Below, in pieces: positions 36,901-52,000 of a DNA stretch of 64,000 nt; position 1 is the first letter of the stretch; each line of letters begins with the position of its first letter. The notes beneath the pieces were generated by a model that was given only the letters and a program-made list of their open reading frames with translations, was not told the DNA's origin and searched no databases. Made by a program: the position numbers and the translations under genes. Source of the DNA: Tubiluchus corallicola (lineage: Eukaryota; Animalia; Priapulida); NCBI GenBank assembly GCA_030141605.1, contig JAQGDQ010000055.1, forward strand, positions 682,001 to 746,000. Reading direction: 5' to 3'.

Positions 36901-38701
36901 TGCTTACTGCCGATTCAACTGTGGTATTGCATCTGGGGTGTTATAACTCACTTGAACCTGTTATTTAAAACAGCTGCAAATTCACATAGAAAATTTTGTA
37001 ATGCTTTTCATTGGCCTGTGGACGAGGTTTGTATAAATGAGCTAAAATGGACTACCACATGGATATTTATAAAGTTCTGAGAAATAGTGTGTGTTTACTT
37101 AAGTTGGAATTTAATTTAGGGCAAATTAGATGCAATTTGATTTAAAAATGCAAACATATGTAGCTTAACATATTTCATTAAATAATTTATTTTATCATTA
37201 GCTTTAGTTTATACAAACTGCATGAAGTTCAATCTCACATAGAATTTAATATACCAAAGTATTATAAAACTTTTTTTGTTATTTTGAGTTGTTATTGTTG
37301 TGTGACCACCCTTCCACTGCAGAAGAAGCCAACAGTGTTCTGTGACATTTGATTTTGATTATTGTAGGTTTTGTCCAATAAAGATGATGCCACACCTGTG
37401 GCTACGTTGGGTCAAGGAGATGTGTTTGGTGAGGTAAGGGCTTAATTTAATTGTAGGTGTGACAAAGTTTTTGTTCAGGTTGATCTTTGTAATTTTTGTC
37501 AGTGTTAAATTTCTTAGGTATGTGTTCCGCAGTGAAAGTTAGTAATGCTGTGCATGGTTGGTAGATGGATACTACAGATTTTCTATGTAGGCAGAGTATA
37601 GAGCTGTTAATTACTGATACAAAGTGACTAAAAATTTGGATTATTCCTGACTGTCACTATATAAACTTGGTGTATTTCAGATTACTATTATTCTACCATG
37701 CAGAAGTAAGGCTTCCGTGCGTGCGATGACTCACTGTGAGTTGTTCGTCATCAACAAGGAGGATATAGCAAAAGTGCTGCGCATTTATCCAGAAGGCAAG
37801 TCTTCTAGTAAAGTGCTTTTAACTTATGTATTAGCCATCTGAAATGTATAAACAGTTGGTGGACATATGGAAATAAGAAATTGCAGTTGCGATTAAACTG
37901 CTTCATTGCAAAGCGAGTTTTTAGTCTAATTAAGCTTGTTGCTTATTTTATTTAATCGCAAATTTGCATTATTAGGATTGTCATATGGAAAATTTTCATC
38001 ATCTGCAATTTCGGCCGATCTTACTGCTGTAACACTTGTGTATTTGAGAAAAGCTCAGTCATATAAAAAGTGTTCAGTTGTTCAACACTGTGAATCGACA
38101 ATCATAATCACAAGCATGGTATGCACCTGTAGCAGTTCGTGTGGGAACTTCAAGCTACAATATTGCCTTTAGCTGTTTTTAAAAAATACCCATACAATGT
38201 TCAAGGTCTTTTCCTTTGAAAGGAACCATACACTCCTTCCAAAACTCCAGGTGTGTGCCAATGTTAATGTACCTGGATTTTCAGGAAAGTTCACAAAAAT
38301 TCGATTAGTGGGTTTGGTTTAACACCAATTGCACACCATCCCTGGAACTCTTAAATGGTCCTAGTACTGTCATTCTATTATGGGCTGTCTAACCATTCTG
38401 CCTTAATCTCTAGTGCATTTCTGTTCTACGGAGTGTAAACTTTACAAATAATGGAGGATAAATGCCCATTTTGGAGGTTCTTGCCGCCATGTTTTCCATT
38501 TGTACTATTTCGAAAAATTTGACAAACGAATCATTGAGAAATGCGAAGAAGTTGGACTTAATTACCATTAATGACAAACTGGTCATGTAGAAAATTGTAA
38601 CTAATAATTGGCATGTTCTATATATAGTTCACACACATCTGCGTGATTTGGCAATCCAGAAATGTGTCCAAGTTTTTGATCACTGCGAGGCGGAAGAGAA
38701 G
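30950..38701 (+). CDS. Gene B repeat I (6TM, GFGD pore, CNBD1)
   Basis: GYILPEWPLAKVW.., FLYDVLSLLPLE, S4 LRLNRLIRLYR, YWSASMLTSTG|FGDV, CNBD VFGE|ITIILPCRSKASVRAMTHCELF. Confidence 0.92.
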
Positions 38702-41700
38702 GTAGGTTTGACTTTCCTTATAACAACCTATAGCATTATAATTTTATTTTAGTGAGATGCAAAAACTGCCCAAGTGTTTTTACTTAGGACACAATATGTT
38801 GTTTCACAAGCTAATCGCTAGCTGCACAAGTGATTACAACTTTAATCTTCTAACAGCAGTTTAATCGTCAAAACAGTACAGTATGCACTCAAATCACTCT
38901 AAATGTTTAGTTTCCAGAAATTCTCAGGTAATGAGGTTAATTGCAGTGGACGAGCGAGTAACAGATTCAAGGCAAAACCGCCAGCATAATTATTAGTGCA
39001 CGATAAACCTTGTTTAACTGTGCTTAACGTGATTGTTTCTACATATATTATAGTGCACAGGAGTAAGACGACATAAAAATAGTAAAAGCTCACTGGTTAC
39101 ATAAAAGTATCTTATTTAAGCATGTGCAGAAAAAATATAGAGTCAATTTGGCGGAGTTAGTCAATTTTCAGTCAATTGCCGGCAGTTTTTATATACTTTT
39201 GGATAGGAGCGGCGCGTACTAGATGTTTTTGAGGCAATTAGGCGATTCGTTCTACATTACCGTAAGTCTAATACACGGCACCTAATGTATTAGTTAGTAT
39301 CAGTAAATATGGACAATCAGCAAAGTCGGACCGACATCTCCCCGCTTTTGTCCGGCAAACCGAGATATGTGTTTTTATCATTATGCTATAATGCCTCTAG
39401 TACTTGTCCGCTTCTACATTTAAATAAGTATCTGTCCATTATATGCAGATGTCATTTAACCTCTCACCCATCACTTTTTTTCACTTTAATATTACTTACA
39501 ACTCATTCACCCAGCGCCCACCATAGTGCTGGTATTATCTTTCCCCATTATTTACTCCAGACAAAAATGAAAATGCTAAATATTTTAGTAGTAAATATTC
39601 TGACTGGTTTTGAAAATTATCTTTGTTGTGAAACGTGGCCTATGTTGGGTCTTGGAGGCCTAATTAAGTATGGTGACGTCAGTTAACTAAAATAAAAACA
39701 TTGAGACTAAAATTCGTACTTTATACATGGTAACTTTTAATCTTGAACAAAATAAAACTATTTTTGATGTGACAGGAATTTATAAAAGCTACAAATCGGT
39801 TCAATAAATGTTAGTTTAACATTATATTATCATATTATGGTTAATATTTTTTTTGATGTATTGCTAATGTAAAATATGGATATCTGATTATAAAGGTCTT
39901 AACTTTGTATTAGAGTATCTACTCATTCCGTAGGTATGTCAGTCAGTTTCTTTTCTATATCAATGGTTGTGAAAAGTAAATAATGCTTGTATAAGACAGA
40001 GAGTAAGTTAATTTGTCACTGAGGTATAATTTATAAATTAATAACACTGTTTATCTGTTTGTTGACTGGTCTACTGTTGAAAGCAAGTGAATAAGCAAAA
40101 GTTTCGGTCAAGATGTGATTGTCCATGTACAACAAGGTCGTCATTGACAATATAAGATTTTTGTACAAATTTTGACCACCAGAATGACCAGACCAAATTA
40201 TTATATTTACGCTGTTATCACTTGAAAATAATTTTGTGCATGTTGCAGCTTGATAACTCCGAAATTAGTTATAAGCAGCACAGCAAGTTCTCTTTTGATG
40301 TGGCTAATATGGCTGGAATAGACAAAGAGACTTTAGAAATAACTGACAGAGCAGCAGCTGCCAAATCTCTCGACTTCACTGTTATAAAAACTACGGTAAT
40401 AATCGATTACTGGACACACATGATTATTGAACTGATTTCATGCAGGATACAGTACATGTCTGCGTGCTTAGCAGCTTAACATGTTTTTTCCTTATGTTAT
40501 GTAGTATTTTCATGTTTGCTATGCTTAAATTACAATATTTGGCATATTTATACAAATTTTTGTGACCAATGGCTATTTTAAGTATTGCTAATAATTTGTG
40601 CTACATTATTTACGAAATTAGCTGGAATGGAAGTTCTCACATGCTTGGATCTGGCATCATTTCTCATTTCTTGTAAAGTTAATACTTCCCGTAACAAAGT
40701 CATGGGAAGCATTACAGTTGTTGTGAATTCATTTTTCTTGTAAAAAAATTAGAATATACAATTTTGCATTCATGTGATTTAAGTATTAGAATAAAATAGA
40801 CTCCAACAAGGCGATGTATAAGACAGATCCATTTAATGGGCATGTTATAGATCATATTGGAAAAGTGAAAAATCTGGCTCTGTTATGGTTTGCACAATTG
40901 TCCATAGTATTTTCATCCGAAATTTCAGGCTCATTTGTGAACAGCTGTTATGAATATAGGAGCTTTGCAGTTTAAAATTCGAAGAGCAACAAAAGAAGCA
41001 CTCTGATTATACTATTGGCATGTAGTAGAAACTTATACAGGACTCAATGCCAGATCCAACCAGATTGAAAACAGTTTGATAACAGATTGATTCTGCCATC
41101 TGTCAAGCACCTTAAGGTTGCAAGTTCGGGTACCAGCCCAGATGTGATTGCAGTAGATGCAAAATAATATTTAAAAAGATACTGGAATGAGCTATTTTCA
41201 ACTATGATCTGAGCATTCCACTTTATTTGATGTGTCTTGAATGTTTCAGCATCTTGTATTTGTGTGGAACTTATTTTGTATTGTAGTGTCATTTATTGTA
41301 CAGGTTTTTATCTTTGTTTGTTTAATTCATCTCTTTCTTAAGTTTAACTTTTATGTTTTTCTTGAACATCATGCTTAGAAGTCCATATTGCATGTTTCAA
41401 TTTGTTTCAGGAAGGAGTTAAAAAAGGCATTATCGACCCGGGAAGTCGTTTTAGCAGCATCTGGAACAAATGCATGTTTATTGTTATACTTGCTGCTTTT
41501 TTCCTCAACACTTTTACGGCTTTTTACGCGTCGCACACTAATAGATACATTTATCAAAAACCAAATGGCTTCATTCTGCTGATCGTCAGTTACTGTTTTG
41601 ACATTTTCTTGTGGGCTGATATAATTGTTCAGCTGAGAACAGCTGTTGCTACTCCACATGGTAAGTTGTCTTGGTACTTGGTTATACACGTTTGTCGTCC

Positions 41701-44700
41701 CCTTTTGCACTTAAAATTCACTTCCGTAAAGGAAATTGCATGCAAGGTCTTTTACTCAAAGATTAATGAAAACAGGTATTTAAATAGAGTACACTGTACA
41801 ACAAAATCTTGTAATTTCAAGAAATATTTCCAACGTTGGCAACATGGCAGCAGAAATGTTTTATTTTTAAGGTTTTGTGTACAAGAAGTGGTATTTCTTC
41901 ACCAAACGTTTGTAGTTTATGCCTACTGAAATTTTCTGACTGTTATAAATGTACAGCTTTCCAATGACACTCACTGTGGTCTTCTGTATACAGCCACTCT
42001 TCTTTTTGCTGGTCTGCAGGCAGTTTGTATTAGTAAATCTTGGCTAATGTCAGATTGAAGGCCCGTCATTTTTCTTTTGTTGGAATTGCAGCTTATAAGA
42101 ATTAAGTATATAACTCCTTCAGGACCGTAAGTTTTTGCTGCATTTTGCATGGGTTCATGAAAACTGCTCTCGCTAAGCGACAATTACATTACAATTGATA
42201 AGGTTTCTACTCCGCACACAATGGTTTTTAAGGCAAAGCAATATACGAAATGCATTTACTTAGCATAGACAAATTGATTTTTGACGAATATTTTGAAAAA
42301 AAGCTTTCAATAACTGCAGTGTTTGCACTGCAGCAAAGTACAGTATCACTTGTATGAAATCGGCTAATGCAGAAAAATTGAACTATCGAGATACAACACT
42401 CTGATACAATTTGGCCTCAAGTTTACTCTGTTTTTAAGGAGAAATTCCTGTTAAAGACAAGATGACCTTCATTTGTCCTTGGCTGATTGGTTGTTTTTGC
42501 TGGAATAGCAGCTGAACATTGTACAGCATTCTGTAGCAATCAGGCCATCAATAAAATAGTATGGTCACCCAAGTGTATACGGGCTAAGTTGGAATGCCCG
42601 AAAAGGGTGCATTTTTCTTAATTTTATCCAATTAAATATTTATATGTTTAAACAAATAGCTTGATTGGGCAGGTAAGATTCTCTTGAATAGAACACTACA
42701 TAATTTGTGTTATCATTTAGTTATGTCTGTGTTCATACTGTAACAAAAAAGTTACAAGACCTGTTTTGAATGGTGCAGTCCTGAAGGAGTTAAACGAACT
42801 TAATATTAAAATCTAATAAGTGCTTAGTTAATTGCTATACCTAACATATATTACTGTCAAATTCAATTAAGAACAGAAAAGAGCTATGGAAAATCTAATC
42901 AAAATAATTTGCAGTATATTTGCTGTACACATTATTGTTTTTCAGTAATTTACAGAGCTTTAAAAAAAACATAATGAACATTTTAGCAATAATTTTAATG
43001 TTTGATAGGTGCCATTTTCAGCAGAAAAGTTATAGCAAAGCATTATTTGGGTTCCTTTGCATTCGTCTTGGATTTGTTTGCTGTTTTGCCAGTGGAATTA
43101 GTCTGTTTTATTGTCCCCTCAAACAAGATGTACATGTTCTGGTCTTTAGCAAAGTTGAATCGAGTCATTAAGCTATGGAAGGTAAGTAAACCTTGCGTAA
43201 GTAGTACTGTGGTGTTTTCTCTTGCTACACAACAAGATTTTTTCGTGACTCTCAGTATTATGTTATCCTCTTTTCAGTAGAGAGAATGTAGTGATTGATT
43301 TGTGCAAAGTATTTACGCAATTAACTACAATGGTGGCTCTCGTGTGCTTGGATCCGGCACGCCCTACTTGCCCATTTCTTGTAAAGTTAATGGCTTCCAT
43401 AACAAACTAATGTCAAGCTACAATTGTCGTGGAATCCATCCCTTTTTTATACAATTTTGCATTCATTTGACTTGAGTATTAGAATGAAATAGGCCCTAAC
43501 AATGTATAAGGCTAATCCATTTAATGGGCATATATTGGGGCCATACTGGAAAAGTGAAAAATCGGGCTCTTTTATGGTCTGTGCAATGGTCCATAGTATT
43601 TTCAGACTCACGATGAAAACTGTGCCCTGTGATAGCTTTTAGAGATAAATGTGGCAACAACAACACCAACAACAATATGACCAAGCATTACAGATGCCGC
43701 ACTTTACACCGGATCCAAAAATTTGCCACCTTTATGTAGCAAAACATTAAATATTGAAATTAAAAATCTTTTTATGCACTGGCACTTTACATGTAAATGC
43801 TCACCTAGTGCATTCCAGAAATTTCTAAAGCATTTGCAATGTTCTGAATAGAAAATGTGTTTTGCTGACTGTTGTTTAAAAACAATGACTTTTAATGTAT
43901 TTAAGAGTTGAAACTATGTGTAAATCTTTGCATTTAATGATCAATGTTTTGTTTTACGTAGATTTGGATTTACTTTGATCAGCTGGAGCAGAAACTTAAC
44001 ATATCATTGAAGACTATTTGTTTGTTGCAATTTTCAGTTTACATTCTTCTGTTGACACATGTGTGTGCATGTCTCTACTATTTCCTGGGGTATGTATGTA
44101 TTGGCAAAGTTGAGAATAGAATTTTATGTGTCTGTTGTTATTATGGTTCATTACATATCATTGGCATCGCCGTTGATATTGTACTTCCTCCTAATATGTA
44201 ACGCAGCATAACACATGGTTGATTTTGTTAACGAAAGATACTGTGTTGTTCAAAATAATAATGAGAATTGAATCTTGAAGCTTTGTGGCGACAACAAACA
44301 TTTATGTAAACAATCAAAAGCTATTCATTAATCGATGCTATCAAAGTTAGTGTTATTAGTTGATTCTTGAGCTAACCGCTAGTTGGCGGGCCGTCACTTT
44401 GTTTACATCATTACATCAGTGAAACCACTTGTATATCTCTATAATTATATAAAAATATAGAGTCAATTATGCAGAGTTATTTGAGTCAATTGCCGACATT
44501 TTTTATATGTTTTTGCATAGGAGCGGGCCATAGTACACGTTTTTGAGATAATTAGGCAATTTATTCTACATTACCGTGAGTCTAATACACTGTGCCTACT
44601 ATATTAGCTTAGTATCGGCAAATACGGACAATCGGCAAATTTGAACCGACGTCTCCCCACTTTTGTCTGACAAACCGAGATATGAGTATATACAGTTCGT

Positions 44701-46024
44701 TTGTAAGAATACCCTGGCCTTCTAGAGTAGGTTTCCAGAAGAGCTAAGCAGCTCTCACATCTTCAAAGATGAAAAACTATCACATGTAATAGCTAGTTAA
44801 AGTATTTCAAATCCTGGTTCTAATCTGTAACACGAAATTTTAAAAATAATTTAGACTGTCATAAAGCTATGGTAGTAATAAATAAGGTTTTTACCTTGAT
44901 CTTAACAATGGCAAACAATTTTGTCAAAACACTTGGAGATTGCAATAAAAAATGTAAATATATAAATTTTGGCAAAATTAAAGAGTTAAATTTAGTAGAA
45001 TGTTCTAGATCTTAAACATTTTCTTAAAGCTTATATAGTTAAACTCCTTCTTAAATTCAGTTGAATCACATCTTTAATATTGTATGTAATGTTTTGCTGT
45101 TATACAGGTGAGGCATGGGTGTTTTTTTTATTACCTGGTTAATTGGTACATTTTTATGAGTTGCTGTAACTAGATCGCTCTTTTTTTCAGAAATTACATC
45201 CCTGGTATGCATGATATCATGAGCTGGATTTACGTCAGTCCTTCTAAGCATTTGTGGGTGTGTTTTAGATTTTGATTACTATAAGCTGCCGCTTAACTAC
45301 ATTCTATCTTAATTATTTCAGTAGTCCTCATAGTTACGTGTATAAATGTCACGCTGAGTGTTACTTTTTGAGTATCTGTATACATTTTTGTAACAGAAGT
45401 GAGTGTCATTTCACTTCATCTCATTTCATTTCATTTCTCACCGGCTATGAATTTTTAACCAAAATTTAACCGAAAGGAAATGAATAAGATGATGTGAAAT
45501 CAACACACTTCTGCAATTGTTAATGGAATATATATGTGTAAGTCATGGTTAATAATTGTTGAAGCTATAAATGAACTTTTTTTCAGCTAACGATGACACC
45601 AAGGGAAGTTAGAAACTTACATATGCATCAGCTGGATGGTCAACAGTCTGCACTAGACACATCGCATACGAACATGCCTGTTATGTACTTGATGTCAATC
45701 TACTGGGCTGTTGCTACGACAACCAGGACTGGCTTTGGTGATTTGGTGGCATATACAATCAACACTCGTGTCCTATCAGTTGTGGTGATGATTTTGGGCT
45801 TGTTTTTGCACAGTTACGTCCTGTCTGCAATTGCTGCTGTGTTAACTAACACGGATTCTGCACGGTAAGTATATTGATTATTAGAACGGTGACAGCTAAA
45901 GCTGAGCTTAAGTGAAATAACCTGTCACTAATAAGTTGATAGAGAACTAATGCTTAATTGAGACAGAAGACAGTATTGAGGTAGAGTTTGACCAACAGAA
46001 AGAGAAACAGCTGTCACAGCTATT

Positions 46025-46078
<54 letters not shown>

Positions 46079-49000
46079 TATTATTATTATTTATTTATTT
46101 TGTATAGCGCCTAAATCTATAGACAGCATGACAGACTTAAAAAATGTTCACAAGATTAAACAGTAAGCATATTAAATTTCAAAAAATTACATTAAGTTAA
46201 TATATAAAAACACAAAAAGTCACAAAATAAAAGCATATAACGATAAATAATTCGATCACGTCAAAGGCTGTATACTATCTTAGTAGAGACTGACAAGCAG
46301 AGAGAAAGAGCTGTAGCTTAACTAACATGGAGTAAGTAGAGACTGACAAGCAGAGAGAAAGAGCTGTAGCTTAACTAACATGGAGTAAGTAGAGACTGAC
46401 AAGCAGAGAGAAAGAGCTGTAGCTTAACTAACATGGAGTAAGTAGTGACTGACAAACAGAAAGAAAAAGAGCTGTAGCTTAACTAACATGGAGTAAGTAG
46501 AGACTGGCAAGCAGAAAGAAAAAGAGCTGTAGCTTAACTAACATGGAGTAAGTAGAGACTGACAAGCAGAAAGAAAAAGAGCTGTAGCTTAACTAACATG
46601 GAGTAAGTAGTGACTGGCAAGCAGAAAGAAAAAGAGCTGTAGCTTAACTAACATGGAGTAAGTAGAGACTGGCAAGCAGAAAGAAAAAGAGCTGTAGCTT
46701 AACTAACATGGAGTAAGTAGAGACTGACAAACAGAAAGAAAAAGAGCTGTAGCTTAACTGACATGGAGTAAGTAGAGACTGGTAAGCAGAAAGAAAAAGA
46801 GCTGTAACTTAACTGACATGGAGTAAGCAGAGACTGACAAACAGAAAGAAAAAGAGCTGTAGCTTAACTAACATGGAGTAAGTAGAGACTGGCAAGCAGA
46901 AAGAAAAAGAGCTGTAGCTTAACTAACATGGAGTAAGTAGAGACTGGCAAGCAGAAAGAGAAAGAGCTGTAGCTTAACTAACATGGAGTAAGTAGTGACT
47001 GGCAAGCAGAAAGAAAAAAAGCTGTCGCTTAACTGGCACTGAGTAAGTTGAGACTGGCAAGCAGAAAGAAAAAGAGCTGTAGCTTAACTAACATGGAGTA
47101 AGTAGAGAGACTGGCAAGCAGAAAGAAAAAGAGCTGTAGCTTAACTAACATGGAGTAAGTAGTGACTGGCAAGCAGAAAGAAAAAGAGCTGTAGCTTAAC
47201 TAACATGGAGTAAGTAGTGACTGGCAAGCAGAAAGAAAAAGAGCTGTAGCTTAACTAACATGGAGTAAGTAGTGACTGGCAAGCAGAAAGAAAAAGAGCT
47301 GTAGCTTAACTAACATGGAGTAAGTAGTGACTGGCAAGCAGAAAGAAAAAAAGCTGTCGCTTAACTGGCACTGAGTAAGTTGAGACTGGCAAGCAGAAAG
47401 AAAAAGAGCTGTAGCTTAACTAACATGGAGTAAGTAGAGACTGGCAAGCAGAAAGAAAAAGAGCTGTAGCTTAACTAACATGGAGTAAGTAGTGACTGGC
47501 AAGCAGAAAGAAAAAGAGCTGTCGCTTCACTGGCACTGAGTAAGTTGAGACTGGCAAGCAGAAAGAAAAAGAGCTGTAGCTTAACTGACATGGAGTAAGC
47601 AGAGACTGATAAGCAGAGAGAAAGAGCTTTAGCTTAACTGACATGGAGTAAGCAGAGCTTGGCAAGCCAATAAAGGATGCTGTATATATAGCTTAACTGA
47701 TATGGAGTAAGTAGAGTTTGGCAAGTAGAGAGAAAAAAAGCTGTAGCTTAACTGACATGGAATAAGCAGAGCTTGGCAAGCCAATAAAGGATGCTGTATA
47801 TATAGCTTAACTGACATGGAGTAAGCAGAGCTTGGCAAGCCAACAGGGATGCTGTATATATAGCTTAACTGACATGGAGTAAGCAGAGCTTGGCAAGCCA
47901 ATAAAGGATGCTGTATTATAGCTTAACTGACATGGAGTAAGCAGAGCTTGGCAAGCCAGTAAAGGATGCTGTATATATAGCTTAACTGACATAGAGTAAG
48001 CAGAGCTTGGCAAGCCAATAAAGGATGCTGTATATATAGCTTAACTGACATGGAGTAAGTAGAGACTGGCAAGCAGAGAAAGAAGAGCTGTAGTTTAACT
48101 GACATGGAGTAAGCAGATTTTGACAAGCCAATAAAGGAAGCTATAACTTAAGTGGCTTGGAGTAAGGCGAGTTTGGTAATTAAAGAAAACTAAAGTTAGT
48201 TATATAGTTGGTACATAATTAAATTTCTACTAGTAATTTTTCACCCTTTCTCATACATTTTGCAACTTACACGAAATGATATTTTGTAACATGTGTTTTT
48301 TTAATTTTAAGAATTGTTGTGTCATTGTTAGATGCTTTTATTTTGCATAAAATACATGGATTTTATTTACCAAACAGGGTAAGATTCCAGACTGTTTTAT
48401 TTGGCATCAGAGAATATATGGTTGATCACGGATTGAATGACCACCTACAGAATTGTGTTGTTAACTACATGACCACATTGTGGCATAAATATAAGTGAGT
48501 TTTATCCTGATTACTCTTGTAAAGCTTTTACTAAGTCTTAGATTATGTATTTTGTTTGACTAGCTTGTGCAGTTTTTACAGTACATTTGATAACATGAAG
48601 GAAACTCTGTAGTGCAGATCATGATTGATAACATTAGTTTTTTTGTTTTTTTTGGTGTACATCACCGTGTTTCTGTCATCCTGATAACTGTTCTGCTATA
48701 GATGCTCATATTTATTCAGATTAGGTTTTGGTTATTTTCTTTTTTTGGCAAATACTGTTTTTTTGGTAATTATTTCTCCTATCAACCAAGAATCATATAC
48801 AATTATATATACAAATATATTAATAGAAAATACCTTGAGCAAAATGGGAATCATTTTGAAAATTGCCACTTCATTGTGATACTCAGGGGGGCCATATTTG
48901 ATTCACGCACAGATGGTTTTACCAAACTGAAATGCGGAATTACATCCTATCCATCTCATTCAGTGTAGATATTATCGTAAAAAAGTTTGCACTTTGCGAA

Positions 49001-52000
49001 TTGTTTCTTTTTCTTTTAAAGAAGTTACTAATCCCTTCCAAAGATACACAGACAACTGCAAACTCATTCTTTTCTCGAGAAGGTTCATGCGAAATTTCCC
49101 TAAGTTTGGAATTTGGATAGGTTCTGTGAAATGGCAGAATCTGTACAAGCCCTTAGCCAGTTTAGACAACGAAACTATATCTATGTTACTCTTGTTGAAT
49201 AAGCTTTGAAGCAGTATCATTACCTACATTACAAATTTACCATTCCTATAAAAGGGGAAAAAGTAATGATTTTTGGTTTTTACTTTTGGCTGCCTCAGTT
49301 CTTTAAAGGAAGACAGGGTGATTTTTCATATACTACCCCATTTTGAAGTATGCTAAAAAGTATACTTTTTAACACCAATAATACTGGAAAAGCAGTTCTG
49401 ATAGATTAAAACCTTAATTAATTGCGGCCGAACCCAACTATTGATGACATCACAAACTAACATAATTTTCAACAGCAAAAACATTCCACGAGTGTATTGC
49501 ACGTGTTTGCGAAAGCGAAAATTAAAGTATAGTGCTACTATAAGATATTCAGCATGTTGTACTAAACTAGGCAAATTTTAATAGAAAAATTCAAATTTCA
49601 AATTTACCACTGTGGTCACACATCTAAACTGAGAGGTACAGCACCTGTTTTTCTGCAATGTGTTTCTGAAGTGCAGGCACTAGTGCCTGTCTAACTAGCA
49701 AATGGCGAAATGCATGTAGCAGCGAAGAACTAGTGGCGCGAACGTGAAATTGTGTTTGTGTGGTAATAATTCTTTCACGTAACTCATTTTTGTAAAAATA
49801 GTATGTTCCCTTTCAGTATTTTAAAGAGTAGATTGTTTTGACATACAGTTTGGGTCCGGTTTTGCTTTAAAGGAAAGCCATCTCGAGAAATGTTAGAAGG
49901 ATTTAATAATAAAAGTATGTTAAACACTTCGTGTAACTAATAAAATTACTTTAAAGTCCTGACCATTTCACGCTTGGGCGCTCGCATTTTGAATGCCAGT
50001 TCTTCCACCAACGATGTTGTTTACTGACTTAAGAAAAGCAGCAGAGTGTCAGTTTCCATCAAGAATATAATAATTCTTTACAAGAAATTAGATATCTAAT
50101 TTTATCATGTTTTAAATGAACATTAGTTATGTTGCAGAAGTTTGAATTTGTTTGATCAGCACATGGTTACGGAAAGCCATAATGTGTTCGATATCCACCA
50201 GTTACAGCATATTATAATTTTCAAATGAATGGCGGCTAGTATAAATTATGCTTCATAAACAGTTTTTTTGCAAATTTTTTATATTTCTCTAAGTTTGATT
50301 GATTAAGTATGTAATAAACCCAACATACTGAGCTGATGTGTCCTTTTTTTTAAAGAAATGCCTGTTCACAAGCCTGTTCACAAGCTCGAACACTTATCCA
50401 TATATCTATAAATGGCCGTAAGGTGAGAAGCTGTGTGGCATGAAGAATTGTATTTTTTGTAGGGCTTTGTACAACTGCAGTAAGATGCTTCGTAGCATAC
50501 TGCATTTTAGAGAAGAAAGGTTAATAGGGCAACCAAGGGTTGTTTATGCAGACATTCCAGAATCATTACAGCAAGACATAGCTGTTATAGATGCAGAATT
50601 TTTATTATCGGTAAGTAACAATCTCATGACAATGTTAAGAAATGCCGAATTGAATTCATTTACTATCACTGAAAAGTATGTTGTTTCATTAGATTTGCTT
50701 CCTTGTGAATTAGCAAAGCAGTGCTGTATTTCTTTATAAGTGTATTATTTACTAATGAGATGTTCAGGCCTTTGCACCACTACATGACTATGTTACACAC
50801 TTCAGTTTTCCTGGCAGTCACACATTCGTTTACTGACCCTTACTCAGTGTTGCTTAATTTTTCTAACAATGCACAAAATGTAGCTCTTAAAATTAAAACT
50901 TTGAATTGCTAGGAATGTAGTATTCAAATGTAGATTGACAGGAATATTTTTCCCAGTGCTAAAATATGTACTTGGTATGCAATCCTGCAGACTGATTGTG
51001 GCACTTAATCTGCTTCTTTTCATGTATTATCTGTTTAGACAAATGTAGTGTGACTATGGAAATTCTTTAGTCAGTGATTTATCCATTGAGTTTCTACTGA
51101 AGTCTTTCTGATGTTGTCAGGTGCCTTTATTTCAAGAGTTGAACCTTAAGTTTATGAAGGAGCTGTTGACTAGAGTGAAAACCTACGTTTTTAGACCCGA
51201 GGAGATTGTTGTTTATGCTGGTGATCTTGGAAGCGAGATGTACTGCATTCGGAGAGGAATATGTGAGGTACATTACAGTAAGTCCTCGCTTAACGACATA
51301 ATGTGTTCCGGCAAAACGTGACGTTAAGCGAAACCTCATTAAACGAAGCCAAGACTCCTATAGAAACTAATGTAAAAGAACTAAGATATGTTCCAGAGGC
51401 AAAAATCAATTCTGCTTAAACCATATAAATTAACTATTTTTTAAGTTTTCAGTTGATTAATTTCTTAGTGTGCTGTGGCGGCAGTGCTAGTATTTGTGAC
51501 GAAAATGATTTAAGCAGAACGATTAAAAAATCTTGCAAATTATCCAATAGCAATTTTTCAAATATGGATATTTTATACGAAAAAGCATATGTAATGGAAA
51601 CACTTCCTCAATTTTGCTTGTCAGTTCGCAGTTCTGGCAGTCCTCGGATTGGCATTTCTGAATGCTCTGGTAGATTTTTATTGATTAGAGCTATTAATGT
51701 GAGATATATGTGGCTCTCATTCCTGCAGCTATGAAGCTGTTACAAGGTAGTACACTGGTTTAAACAATGGGATTATGGGTGTTAATTAATTGACTGTTGT
51801 ATAACACTTTCCATGTATTTTCTTTGTTTAACTCCTTCAGGACCGTAAGCTTTTGTTGCATTTTGCATGGGTTCATGAAAAACTGCTTTTACTGAGCAGC
51901 GATTACATTATATTTGGTAATTTTTGTAGGTTCCTACTCCTCACACAATGAATTTTCATGGAGAATTATACATGAATTGCATATGAATTAGAATTAGACA

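Noticed and set aside
45108-45190. Acceptor TATACAG| at 45107 as a gene B exon
   Set aside because: It gives an immediate in-frame TGA. The acceptor at 45190 keeps frame and matches paralogue A (SWIY.SP...W).
46280-48165. Regular array resembling a CRISPR locus, with short repetitive ORFs on the minus strand
   Set aside because: The units are contiguous near-identical repeats with no unique spacers, there are no cas genes, and it sits in a eukaryotic intron. It is a minisatellite and the ORFs are artefacts.
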